From NCBI GenBank assembly GCA_964468725.1, contig CAYXVU010000001.1:778-64777 (forward strand): DNA of 64,000 nt. The letters run 5' to 3'. Shown here one piece after another: positions 39,512 to 48,272 of this stretch. This DNA is from an uncultured Clostridia bacterium (GTDB lineage Bacteria; Acidobacteriota; Blastocatellia; UBA7656). The position numbers and the translations under genes were made by a program. A model generated the notes under the pieces. That model saw only the letters and a program-made list of their open reading frames with translations, had not been told where the DNA came from and searched no databases. The stretch's first letter is position 1; each line of letters begins with the position of its first letter.

Positions 39512-40843
39512 TCAAATTTCCGCCAGCGCCGCAACCAAATTGTCAATGGCTGGGCGCTTAGCCGTTTCGGTAACGCAGACGAGCAGCGCGTTTTTCAATT
39601 CGGGGTAGTAACATTCCAGAGCAACGCCGCCGATGATCTTCTTCTCCAACAAGGCTGCCGTCGCTTCGGTTGCCGACTTGGGCATCTCAATGACGAACTC
39701 ATTGAAGAAGGGGGCGGCAAAGCGCAGTTTGAAGCCTTCGAGTTTCGCAACCTCCGAAGCGGCATAATGCGCTTTGTTGAGATTTTGATGAGCCACCTCT
39801 TGTACGCCGCGCCGCCCCATCGTTGCCAAATAGATGGTTGCCATCAGCGCGAACAGCCCTTGATTGGTGCAAATGTTTGACGTGGCCTTCTCGCGGCGAA
39901 TGTGCTGCTCACGCGTCGAAAGCGTCAGCACGTAGCCGCGCCGCCCATTATGATCTACGGTTTCGCCGACCAGTCTGCCCGGCATCTGCCGCACATATTT
40001 GTCGAGCGTGGCGAACAGCCCGCAATAGGGGCCGCCGTAACTGAGTGGGATGCCGAACGATTGACCTTCGGCGACCACGATGTCCGCGCCACACGCGCCG
40101 GGCGACTTCAGGATGCCGAGGCTCATCGCTTCCGAAAGGGCGACGATCAGCAATGCGCCCGCTTGATGGGCGGCGTCGGCGAGAGTGGCGAGGTCTTCGA
40201 TACAGCCGAAGAAGTTCGGCGATTGCACGATGATGGCCGCTGTTTGATGGTCAACCGCAAGCGAGTTGATATCCACTCTGCCCGCTTCCGTATACGCGAT
40301 AGGGGCAATCGTGATGCCGAGATTTTTAGTATAGGTGGAGAGCACTTCGCGGTATTGCGGGTGCACGGTCGAAGCGACCATAAACTTATCGCGCCGAGTG
40401 ATACGTTGTGCCATCAACGCCGCTTCGGCCAATCCGGTTGAGGCATCGTACAGCGAAGCGTTTGAGACTTCCATGCCGGTGAGCTGGCAGACCATGGTTT
40501 GAAATTCAAAGATGTATTGCAGAGTGCCTTGACTGAGTTCTGGCTGATAAGGGGTGTAGGCGGTGAAGAATTCCGAGCGCGAAATCAACGGATCAATGAT
40601 GACCGGAATGTGATGTGCGTAAGCGCCCGCGCCGAGAAAGGATTGATACCCGCTGGCATTGTTCGCAGCAAGATGGCGAAAGTAGTCGAGCAAATCCGGC
40701 TCGCTCATCGGTTCGCCGATGCCGAGGGGGGCCGTGAGTCGTAAGGATTCGGGGATTTGGTCGAAGAGGTCTGCAATCGAATGAAGGCCGATGCTGGCGA
40801 GCATGTCCTGCCGCTCGTCCGGCGCGTTTGGGATATATCTCAT
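39512..40843 (-). CDS. gcvPA: Glycine dehydrogenase (decarboxylating) subunit 1
   Basis: The product has the conserved N-terminal half of the P-protein and is adjacent to gcvPB. Confidence 0.95.
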   Translation of the reverse strand: MRYIPNAPDERQDMLASIGLHSIADLFDQIPESLRLTAPLGIGEPMSEPDLLDYFRHLAANNASGYQSFLGAGAYAHHIPVIIDPLISRSEFFTAYTPYQPELSQGTLQYIFEFQTMVCQLTGMEVSNASLYDASTGLAEAALMAQRITRRDKFMVASTVHPQYREVLSTYTKNLGITIAPIAYTEAGRVDINSLAVDHQTAAIIVQSPNFFGCIEDLATLADAAHQAGALLIVALSEAMSLGILKSPGACGADIVVAEGQSFGIPLSYGGPYCGLFATLDKYVRQMPGRLVGETVDHNGRRGYVLTLSTREQHIRREKATSNICTNQGLFALMATIYLATMGRRGVQEVAHQNLNKAHYAASEVAKLEGFKLRFAAPFFNEFVIEMPKSATEATAALLEKKIIGGVALECYYPELKNALLVCVTETAKRPAIDNLVAALAEI

Positions 40844-40849
40844 TCAGAA

Positions 40850-41248
40850 TTACTCCGCGGCTTCTTGTTTGATGTAATCTTCGTACTCGGCTGCGCTCAG
40901 CAGGCTGTCGGCTTCGGCGGGGTTGGCCATCGAAATTTTAATCATCCAGCCTGCTCCGTAGGGGTCGGTATTGACCGCTTCCGGCGAATCATTGAGCTGC
41001 CCATTGACTTCGGTAACCTTTCCGGTCAGCGGCATATAAATTTCGCTTACCGCTTTGACGCTTTCGACCGAGCCAAAAGGTTCGCTCGAGTCGAACTGGT
41101 CACCGACTTTGGGAAGCTCGACGTAGACGACATCGCCCAGTTGCAATTGCGCGTGATCGGTGATGCCGACCGTCGCCGTATCCGCGCCGTCAAGGCGCAC
41201 CCATTCGTGATCTTTCGTGTAATTCAAATTGTCAGGCATATTGGCCAT
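40850..41248 (-). CDS. gcvH: Glycine cleavage system H protein (lipoyl carrier)
   Basis: The product has the lipoyl-lysine motif ESVKAVSE and the 132-aa length typical of GcvH. Confidence 0.95.
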   Translation of the reverse strand: MANMPDNLNYTKDHEWVRLDGADTATVGITDHAQLQLGDVVYVELPKVGDQFDSSEPFGSVESVKAVSEIYMPLTGKVTEVNGQLNDSPEAVNTDPYGAGWMIKISMANPAEADSLLSAAEYEDYIKQEAAE

Positions 41249-41287
41249 GTGTTTGATTCCTCTCCTACTGTAATCCGGTCTGCCGGA

Positions 41288-42385
41288 CTAATCAAATTTC
41301 CTCTCTCGTTTGTAGAAAGGCGTTTCGACGACGCGCGCCGCAACTTCGCGCCCGCGTATTTGGATAGAGAACTCTGTGCCGATGGCGGTATGGGCGATGG
41401 GCAAATAGGCGAGTCCGATGTTCTTCTTCAAAAAAGGCGCGGGGCTGCCGGAGGCAACTTCGCCGAGCGGCTGACCGGCCATCAAGATCGGGTAGTGATC
41501 GCGCGCCGGAGCGCGGTCGAGAACTTCAAAGCCGATCAACTTGCGTTGCAATCCCTCTTGTTTCTGGCGCTGCATCACGTCACGACCCATAAAGTCGCCT
41601 TTTGCCAGTTTGACGACCCAGCCGAGCCCCGCTTCGAGCGGCGTCGTGGTTTCGTCCATATCGTTGCCCCACAATCGAAACGCGGCTTCGAGGCGGCAGG
41701 TGTTGCGCGCCGCCAAACCGCAGGGCATCAGACCCAGATCGTTGCCGGTGACCAGCAGACGATTCCACAGGTGTTTGGCGTGTTCGGGGTCGCAGAAAAT
41801 TTCAAACCCGTCTTCACCTGTATAGCCGGTGCGCGAGACTCGGCAATCGAGGCCATCAACGTGCACTCGCTGCGACCAGTAATACGGGATGCGGTCGAGT
41901 TGGTGATCGCAGAGGTTCTGTAAAATCTGCTCGGCGCGCGGCCCTTGTAACGCCAGAAGGGCGTAGGCTTCGCTGACATCGTTGACCTCGACATTGCCCT
42001 CGGTGTGCTGCTTGATCCAGTTGAACGCTTTTTCCGTATTGGCGGCGTTGACGACCAGCATAAAGTAATCGGCGTTAATGCGATAGACGAGGAGGTCATC
42101 GAGGATACCGGCGTTCTCGTTGGTCAGCATCGAGTACTGCACCTGATTGTCCGCCAGTTTGCTGACGTCGTTAGTGGTGAGTCGTTGAACGAGCGACAGG
42201 GCATCGGCTCCGATAACGTCAATCTCGCCCATATGCGAGACATCGAATAAACCCGCCGCTTGCCGAACCGCCATATGTTCAGGGAGCGGGCCGCTATACT
42301 GCACTGGCATGTCCCATCCGGCGAAGTCCACCATTCGTCCGCCGAGAGCGACGTGGGAATCATAGAGAGGGGTGCGCTTGAGCAT
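41288..42385 (-). CDS. gcvT: Glycine cleavage system aminomethyltransferase T
   Basis: The product begins [22 protein letters not shown], and a GGAG ribosome-binding site precedes the internal Met at 42385. The longer ORF extending to 42403 is also possible. Confidence 0.95.
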   Translation of the reverse strand: MLKRTPLYDSHVALGGRMVDFAGWDMPVQYSGPLPEHMAVRQAAGLFDVSHMGEIDVIGADALSLVQRLTTNDVSKLADNQVQYSMLTNENAGILDDLLVYRINADYFMLVVNAANTEKAFNWIKQHTEGNVEVNDVSEAYALLALQGPRAEQILQNLCDHQLDRIPYYWSQRVHVDGLDCRVSRTGYTGEDGFEIFCDPEHAKHLWNRLLVTGNDLGLMPCGLAARNTCRLEAAFRLWGNDMDETTTPLEAGLGWVVKLAKGDFMGRDVMQRQKQEGLQRKLIGFEVLDRAPARDHYPILMAGQPLGEVASGSPAPFLKKNIGLAYLPIAHTAIGTEFSIQIRGREVAARVVETPFYKRERKFD

Positions 42386-42581
42386 CAAAACTCCTGTCCG
42401 CAAGATAACGATAGAAGCCGTTTTGCATCACGGTTTTGCAGAAGGGGCAAGCTAACACAGGCCATTTTCATGCGTCAAGCGGCGCAACTTCGGCGCACGC
42501 TTGCACGCTTGCATCGCGTATGGGAAACTTTCGACTTTGCAAAATGCTGGCTTTTTTCGGCAATTTTTCCTGCGGATTCCG

Positions 42582-43628
42582 CCTATGCAAACGCTTGAAC
42601 AACTGGCGCAACGGCTCAACGCCGAACTGATCGGCGATGGCGCGGCGCAAATTTTTCGCGCTTGCCCTTTTGCGGTTGCCGGAGCGGGCGACCTCACCTT
42701 TGCGACCAGCGCGGTCTATCGGGCGCGCATTCCCGACTCGGCTGCGACCGCCATCATCGTGGCGTCGCCGGTGGAGGCTGAGGGCAAGAATCTGCTACTT
42801 GCCAAACATCCCAAACTTGCCTTTGCGCGCGCCGTGCAGTTGTTGCATGCCAAACCGTATGCAGCGCGTGGCGTCAGTGACGATCTCATCGTTGGCGAGC
42901 GAACGACGCTCGGCAGTGAGCTTTCGATCTACCCGCGCGTCACGATTGGCAAGGATGCGCGCATCGGCCATCGCGTAACGCTCTATCCCGGTGTGGTCAT
43001 CGGCGACCGCTGTCACATCGGCGATGACACGGTCATCTATGCCAATGTGTCGGTGTATGACGATTGCGAGATTGGCAACCGGGTCATTATTCATGCCGGA
43101 ACGGTGATCGGCGCGGATGGATTCGGTTTTGTTGCCGATGAAGACGGGCGACAGGTGAAACTCTTGCAACTCGGAGGCGTGCGCATTGAAGAGGATTGCG
43201 AGATTGGCGCTTGCTGCGCCATTGATCGCGCGGTGTTCGGGGAAACCCTTTTGCGGCGCGGCGTCAAACTCGATAACTTCATTCAGGTTGCGCACAACAG
43301 CGAGATTGGTGAAGACACTGTGATTGCGGCACAGACGGGATTTTCCGGCGGCACGAAGTTGGGGAAGCGCTGCGTCATTGCCGGACAAGTCGGAACCCGC
43401 GATCATATTGAAATCGGCGAGGGCGCGGTGATTACTGCCAAAGCAGCAGTGCTGAAGGACGTTCCGTCCGGCGCAGTGATGAGTGGCACGATTCCTGCAC
43501 TCGACCACAATGCGTGGCGACGCGCGCAGGTGCTATACTCGAAGCTTCCCGAATTGGTTGCGCGCTTGCGAAGGTTGGAAACCATCGTTCGAAAGCAGAG
43601 CCGAGATACTCAACGCGGGGATGAGTAG
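42582..43628 (+). CDS. lpxD: UDP-3-O-(3-hydroxyacyl)glucosamine N-acyltransferase
   Basis: The product has left-handed beta-helix hexapeptide repeats and starts MQTLEQLAQRLNAELIGD. Confidence 0.9.
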   Translation, partial: PMQTLEQLAQRLNAELIGDGAAQIFRACPFAVAGAGDLTFATSAVYRARIPDSAATAIIVASPVEAEGKNLLLAKHPKLAFARAVQLLHAKPYAARGVSDDLIVGERTTLGSELSIYPRVTIGKDARIGHRVTLYPGVVIGDRCHIGDDTVIYANVSVYDDCEIGNRVIIHAGTVIGADGFGFVADEDGRQVKLLQLGGVRIEEDCEIGACCAIDRAVFGETLLRRGVKLDNFIQVAHNSEIGEDTVIAAQTGFSGGTKLGKRCVIAGQVGTRDHIEIGEGAVITAKAAVLKDVPSGAVMSGTIPALDHNAWRRAQVLYSKLPELVARLRRLETIVRKQSRDTQRGDE

Positions 43629-43760
43629 ACCGAATCATCAACGAAAAGACCATTGGTTTGTTTGCGACGCGACGCCTTGCCATCTTGCTTGGCACGATAA
43701 CGCTTGTTGAACAACGTTGCACAGGATTGTGGGGGAGCGTCGCAGATCATAGAAAAGATT

Positions 43761-44252
43761 ATGGAAACCTTGCTCGATATTACGCAGATTCAAGCGATTT
43801 TGCCGCATCGCTATCCCTTTTTACTGGTAGACCGCATCATCGAATACGAAGAAGGCAAGCGTGTGGTCGGCATCAAAAATGTCACGCTCAACGAACCCTT
43901 CTTTGTGGGTCACTTTCCCGGCGCGCCTGTCATGCCCGGTGTGCTGATTATCGAAGCGATGGCGCAGACGGCTGGCGTCTTGATGCTCCGCAATCTGGTT
44001 GATCGGGAATCGAAGCTGGTCTTCTTCACCGGTGTTGAAGAAGCCAAGTTTCGCCGTCCGGTTGTGCCCGGCGACCAGTTGCGATTGGAGCTGACGGTGC
44101 TGCGCTTTGGCGGTCGCAATATCAAACTGCGCGGTGAGGCCTTCGTCGGCGAGCAGCGGGTTGCCGAAGCGTTGATCACCTCCTCGCTGGTTGATCGCAG
44201 TCTGGTGAAACGGTCAGCCTCCAACTCGGCTGACCCCGCCCCTGCCGGGTAA
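43761..44252 (+). CDS. fabZ: 3-hydroxyacyl-ACP dehydratase
   Basis: The product contains [13 protein letters not shown]...HFPG.PVMPGVL. Confidence 0.95.
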   Translation: METLLDITQIQAILPHRYPFLLVDRIIEYEEGKRVVGIKNVTLNEPFFVGHFPGAPVMPGVLIIEAMAQTAGVLMLRNLVDRESKLVFFTGVEEAKFRRPVVPGDQLRLELTVLRFGGRNIKLRGEAFVGEQRVAEALITSSLVDRSLVKRSASNSADPAPAG

Positions 44253-44276
44253 TTCTCATCAGGAGAGTGGCGCGCC

Positions 44277-45050
44277 GTGTCTATTCATCCGACAGCGATT
44301 ATCAGCCCGAAAGCAGAACTCGGACGTAACGTTTCGGTCGGCCCCTATTCGACCATCGGGGATGGAGTGATTTTGCATGATGAGGTTCGCATCATCAGCC
44401 ATACGGTTATCGAAGGGCCTGCAGAATTCGGGCGCGGCTGCATCTTCTATCCGTTCGTATCGGCGGGATTGGCTCCGCCCGATCTCAAGTACAAAGGCGA
44501 ACCGAGCCTGTTGCAGGTTGGCGAGCGCAACACCTTCCGCGAGTACGTCACCTTGCATCGTGGCACGGAGGGCGGCGGCGGGATGACTCGCATTGGGTCG
44601 GACAACCTCTTTATGCCGCAGGCACACGTCGCCCACGATAGCAACATTGGCAACCACACGATCTTCGCCAATGCCGCGACGCTCGCCGGGCATGTCCTCG
44701 TCGAAGATTACGCCATCATCGGCGCATATTCCGGCATTCATCAATTTTGTCGCGTCGGGCGTTATGCCTTCATCGGCGGCTACTCGGTGGTCGTTAAGGA
44801 TGCTCTGCCGTTTGCCCGCACTGTGGGCAATCACGCGAAGTGCTATGGCGAAAATACCCTCGGCTTGCGACGGCGCGGCTTTGACTCCGAGACCCTTCGC
44901 CGCCTGCATCGCGCCTTTCGCCTTTTGTTGTCGTCAAAGCTCAACACGACGCAAGCGGTCGCCGCAATCAAGCAGGAACTCAGCGGCTATTCGGAGATTG
45001 ACTATTTGGTGGCCTTTATTGAGAGCGCGCAACGCGGAGTGACGAAATAG
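44277..45050 (+). CDS. lpxA: Acyl-ACP--UDP-N-acetylglucosamine O-acyltransferase
   Basis: The product has hexapeptide repeats and the N-terminus IHPTAIISPKAELG. Confidence 0.9.
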   Translation: MSIHPTAIISPKAELGRNVSVGPYSTIGDGVILHDEVRIISHTVIEGPAEFGRGCIFYPFVSAGLAPPDLKYKGEPSLLQVGERNTFREYVTLHRGTEGGGGMTRIGSDNLFMPQAHVAHDSNIGNHTIFANAATLAGHVLVEDYAIIGAYSGIHQFCRVGRYAFIGGYSVVVKDALPFARTVGNHAKCYGENTLGLRRRGFDSETLRRLHRAFRLLLSSKLNTTQAVAAIKQELSGYSEIDYLVAFIESAQRGVTK

Positions 45051-45154
45051 GTGTCGGGTGTCGGGTATGAGGGAGCCGGTTTTGGTAGACAAGGGATGGC
45101 TGCCGATTCTGACTTTGACCCCTGATACCTGATGCCTGAAATCAGACGCCGGTT

Positions 45155-45961
45155 ATGAAATACGGATTGATTGCCGGAAATGGAAAGTTCCCTATGCTCG
45201 TGCTCGAAGAGGCACGAGCGCAGGGTGTTGCGATGGCGGTGGCAGCGATCAAAGAAGAGGCGGCAGCCGAAGTCGAACCGTTGGCGACGAGCCTCGAATG
45301 GGTTGGCATCGGGCAACTTGGCAAGCTGATACGCTTCTTCAAACGCGAAGGGGTTACTCATGCCATTATGGCCGGGCAGGTGAAGCACAATCAGATTTTT
45401 CGGCTCAACGCTCTGCCCGATCTGCGAATGGTGCGATTGCTGACTGGGCTGGCAACGAAAAATACTGACAGTCTGATCGGCGCAGTGGCGGACGAATTGG
45501 CGAAAGAAGGCATCACGTTAATTGATTCGACCACCTTCTTACAACCTTCTCTGGCGAGCGCAGGGGTGATGACGCGCCGCGCCCCTACGAAAGACGAACT
45601 CGGCGATATGGAATACGGTTTGGCCATCGCGCGCGAAATCGCGCGGCTCGATTTGGGGCAGACCCTGTGCGTCAAAGATCGCGCCGTCGTGGCTATTGAG
45701 GCGATGGAAGGCACAGACCGGGTGATTGCCCGCTCCGGAGAACTGACGCGCGGCAGAGCCTTTGTGGTGATTAAAGTGGCCAAGCCGAATCAGGATATGC
45801 GCTTTGATGTTCCGGTTATCGGTGTGCCGACAATTGCCAATATGCAGCAGGCCGGGGCAACGGCCATTCGGGTGACCGCGAACCGAACCTTATTATTCGA
45901 CAAAGATGAATTGCTGAAGCTGGCCGACCACCATCGCATCAGTGTGGTGGGAGGCGCGTAA
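45155..45961 (+). CDS. lpxI: UDP-2,3-diacylglucosamine hydrolase LpxI (DUF1009)
   Basis: The product begins GLIAGNGKFP, which is typical of LpxI, and follows lpxA directly. Confidence 0.8.
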   Translation: MKYGLIAGNGKFPMLVLEEARAQGVAMAVAAIKEEAAAEVEPLATSLEWVGIGQLGKLIRFFKREGVTHAIMAGQVKHNQIFRLNALPDLRMVRLLTGLATKNTDSLIGAVADELAKEGITLIDSTTFLQPSLASAGVMTRRAPTKDELGDMEYGLAIAREIARLDLGQTLCVKDRAVVAIEAMEGTDRVIARSGELTRGRAFVVIKVAKPNQDMRFDVPVIGVPTIANMQQAGATAIRVTANRTLLFDKDELLKLADHHRISVVGGA

Positions 45962-46027
45962 TCGGGCGCGAAAAAATCTGTGATTTGTCGACTGCGCTAT
46001 TGACAGGAGCGAGTTGGCCAACTGAGT

Positions 46028-46804
46028 ATGAACAATCCGCAGGCGCTGCGTGAGACTGGTAGGATGAACAAATCGCCCATGAATGAATTTGATCCTGAAA
46101 GTGCAATCATTGATGCGGAACTGTTGGTCAAATATCGCATGTTGAATCGTGCGATTGAGACGTTGGAACGTGCGATTGATAATGCCCCCCGTCACCTCGG
46201 TCTGCGCGAAAAGTTACGTGAAATTCTCATTGATGCCGGTCGGCGGGATCAAGCCGCGCAAATCTGTCTGGCACTCGCCAGTCTGCACATCTCCGTCGGC
46301 GATATGGAACGCGCAGGCGAACGCTTGCTCGAAGCCAAACGGCTTGATCCGCGAGTCTCTGTTACCGGACAGTTGCGCGATCTCAGACAGGCTTCCGTGC
46401 CGCCGGTTGCGCCTGCACCCGCGCCGCCGCCCGCGCAGGAAAAACCGGCGACGGCAAATCTGAAATTGCTCTCCGGCCATTTGGGCGAAATCAGCCTCTT
46501 TGACATCATTCAGATATTGGAGAACAGCCGACTCAACGGCGTTTTGCGGATCAAATCCGGCGCTGCGACCGGCGAGATTTATCTGAGCGACGGACTGGTC
46601 GCTGATGCCAAAGTCGAAGGAGAAGTCGGGCTTGCGGGGATGCGCAGAGTGACGGATGTGACCGACGGAACCTTTGATTTCACAAAGACGGCGGATACCT
46701 ACGCGCGCGTCATCGCCGCGACGAGCAACACGGCGCTAATCTTGGATTTGCTGCGCGAAAAGGACGAAGAGGCGTTCGGATTAAATACCGGCGATTTGGC
46801 GTAA
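46028..46804 (+). CDS. DUF4388 (PATAN-like) domain protein
   Basis: The product contains GHLGEISLFDIIQILENSRLNGVLRI (the DUF4388 signature) and a Pro/Ala-rich linker. Confidence 0.65.
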   Translation: MNNPQALRETGRMNKSPMNEFDPESAIIDAELLVKYRMLNRAIETLERAIDNAPRHLGLREKLREILIDAGRRDQAAQICLALASLHISVGDMERAGERLLEAKRLDPRVSVTGQLRDLRQASVPPVAPAPAPPPAQEKPATANLKLLSGHLGEISLFDIIQILENSRLNGVLRIKSGAATGEIYLSDGLVADAKVEGEVGLAGMRRVTDVTDGTFDFTKTADTYARVIAATSNTALILDLLREKDEEAFGLNTGDLA

Positions 46805-46844
46805 GCCAACGCGGTTTGCAGCGGCCAAACGAAACAGAATGCAA

Positions 46845-46885
46845 AAGGCGAAGCTCATAGTTTGAGCTTCGCCTTATCTTTTTGG
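46845..46885. terminator. Bidirectional intrinsic terminator AAGGCGAAGCTCA-TAGTT-TGAGCTTCGCCTT followed by ATCTTTTTGG
   Basis: A 13-bp perfect stem lies 40 nt after the DUF4388 gene stop, with a T-tract on the plus strand. Its reverse side is also T-rich, and the skp gene ends 11 nt away. Confidence 0.8.
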
Positions 46886-46895
46886 GCCAGCCGAA

Positions 46896-47501
46896 TTATT
46901 TGGGTTTGACCGCTGGTGGCGGCGATTGCGTCGTTGCCGCTGGATTGGCTTTGTTGTATTCGTTGATGAAGTCGGCGGTGATGTCGAGTCGTTTATCGAA
47001 CCAGATGACATGGTTGGCTTGCACGGCGTTGGGCAGGTCAATAACTGCGATGATGCCGCGCTTGACCATGTAACTTTCCGCGAACTTATTGAGTTTGGTC
47101 TGCACAGGTTCGAGCGCCAGCGCGCGCGCGCGATTGACATCGGTCTGCAAATCTTCGCCGGTGCGTTTATATTCGCGTTTCATGGAATCCAACTGTTCCG
47201 TGAGTTCGGCGACCTTTTGAGCGCCGAGAATCTGCGCCTGCGTCTGGATCGTGGTTTCCAATGAGGTGATGCGGTCGGCTTTGGTTTGCAAGTCTTTGAG
47301 GCGCGGCTCGAACTGTTTTTCGAGGACTTCGAGTTTGGCGCGCACTTCAAGGATGTTGGATTGCACGGCAGCCGTATCAATGACGGCGACTTTGCCCTTC
47401 GTTGCGCCTGCCGGTTGTGCGGTTCCCCCTTGTTGCGCGAAGGCCGACGCCCCCAATGCGAGGATCACAACGAGAGAGGCGAGAAATGGTGAATGCTTCA
47501 T
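46896..47501 (-). CDS. skp: OmpH/Skp family periplasmic chaperone
   Basis: The product has a signal peptide and a coiled-coil Skp-like body (KVAVIDTAAVQSNILEVRAKLEVL...). Confidence 0.85.
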   Translation of the reverse strand: MKHSPFLASLVVILALGASAFAQQGGTAQPAGATKGKVAVIDTAAVQSNILEVRAKLEVLEKQFEPRLKDLQTKADRITSLETTIQTQAQILGAQKVAELTEQLDSMKREYKRTGEDLQTDVNRARALALEPVQTKLNKFAESYMVKRGIIAVIDLPNAVQANHVIWFDKRLDITADFINEYNKANPAATTQSPPPAVKPK

Positions 47502-47526
47502 ACTCTCATCTCCTTTCCTTGTCGCC

Positions 47527-48171
47527 TCAGTTATTGGGCGAGGGCTTGGTCGGCGTCGGTTTGGGCGCTGCCGCAGGGGTTGCGACGGGAACCGGATTGG
47601 CTTTGTTGTACTCTTTAATGAAATCTTCGGTGATGTCATTTTGCTGATTGAAGTAGGCGAGCGTGCCGTTTTGTGCCAACCCTGGAAGGCTCAAAATCAA
47701 GGTGATGCCGCGTTGCGTCGCGTAGGTCTGAATGAATTGAAAGAGCTTTTCGCGCACCGGCTTGGTGGCCAAATCTTCCGCTTTGGCATATTCGGTGCGA
47801 GCATCTTCAAGGTCGCGGGTGATGCGCTTTTTCAGGTCTTCATACTCAAGCTGCATCTGCGTCACTTTGTCTTGCGGAAGAGCCGAAGATTTGGTGCGCA
47901 AGTCGTCTTCGAGTTGTTTGAAGCGCGTCTGATCGCTTTGCAGCTTGTCGGAGCGAGTTTTGAATTGTGTCTGCACCTGTTCGTATTTCTGTCTCAACTC
48001 TAAAATCTTTTCCGGAAAGACCGATGTGTCGAGGACGACGAGCTTGCCGTCGGGAACCACGCCGCCGGGAGTCGCTGCGGGTTGTTGTGGTGGGGTGGTT
48101 TGCGCGACCGCCGCGAGGCATCCGACCCCGATGACCCAAATGGCCAGCATCGCCAACTTCATTTTCGTCAT
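47527..48171 (-). CDS. skp: OmpH/Skp family periplasmic chaperone (second tandem copy)
   Basis: The product has a signal peptide (MTKMKLAMLAIWVIGVGCLAAVAQ) and an Skp-like coiled coil. It lies directly downstream of bamA. Confidence 0.85.
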   Translation of the reverse strand: MTKMKLAMLAIWVIGVGCLAAVAQTTPPQQPAATPGGVVPDGKLVVLDTSVFPEKILELRQKYEQVQTQFKTRSDKLQSDQTRFKQLEDDLRTKSSALPQDKVTQMQLEYEDLKKRITRDLEDARTEYAKAEDLATKPVREKLFQFIQTYATQRGITLILSLPGLAQNGTLAYFNQQNDITEDFIKEYNKANPVPVATPAAAPKPTPTKPSPNN

Positions 48172-48272
48172 AGTAACTCCTGTTGCCTTGATCTGGACTG
48201 CACTCTGGCGAGTGACAGCCGAGTTTGGAAAACCGGCATTATAGCAGCCCGTCTGCCAAACCAGAAATTCGA

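Noticed and set aside
42404-42581. A possible glycine riboswitch in the gcvT leader.
   Set aside because: I could not recognise the conserved aptamer motifs. The region is too short (about 180 nt) for a tandem aptamer plus two divergent promoters. I kept only a low-interest note to verify with Infernal.
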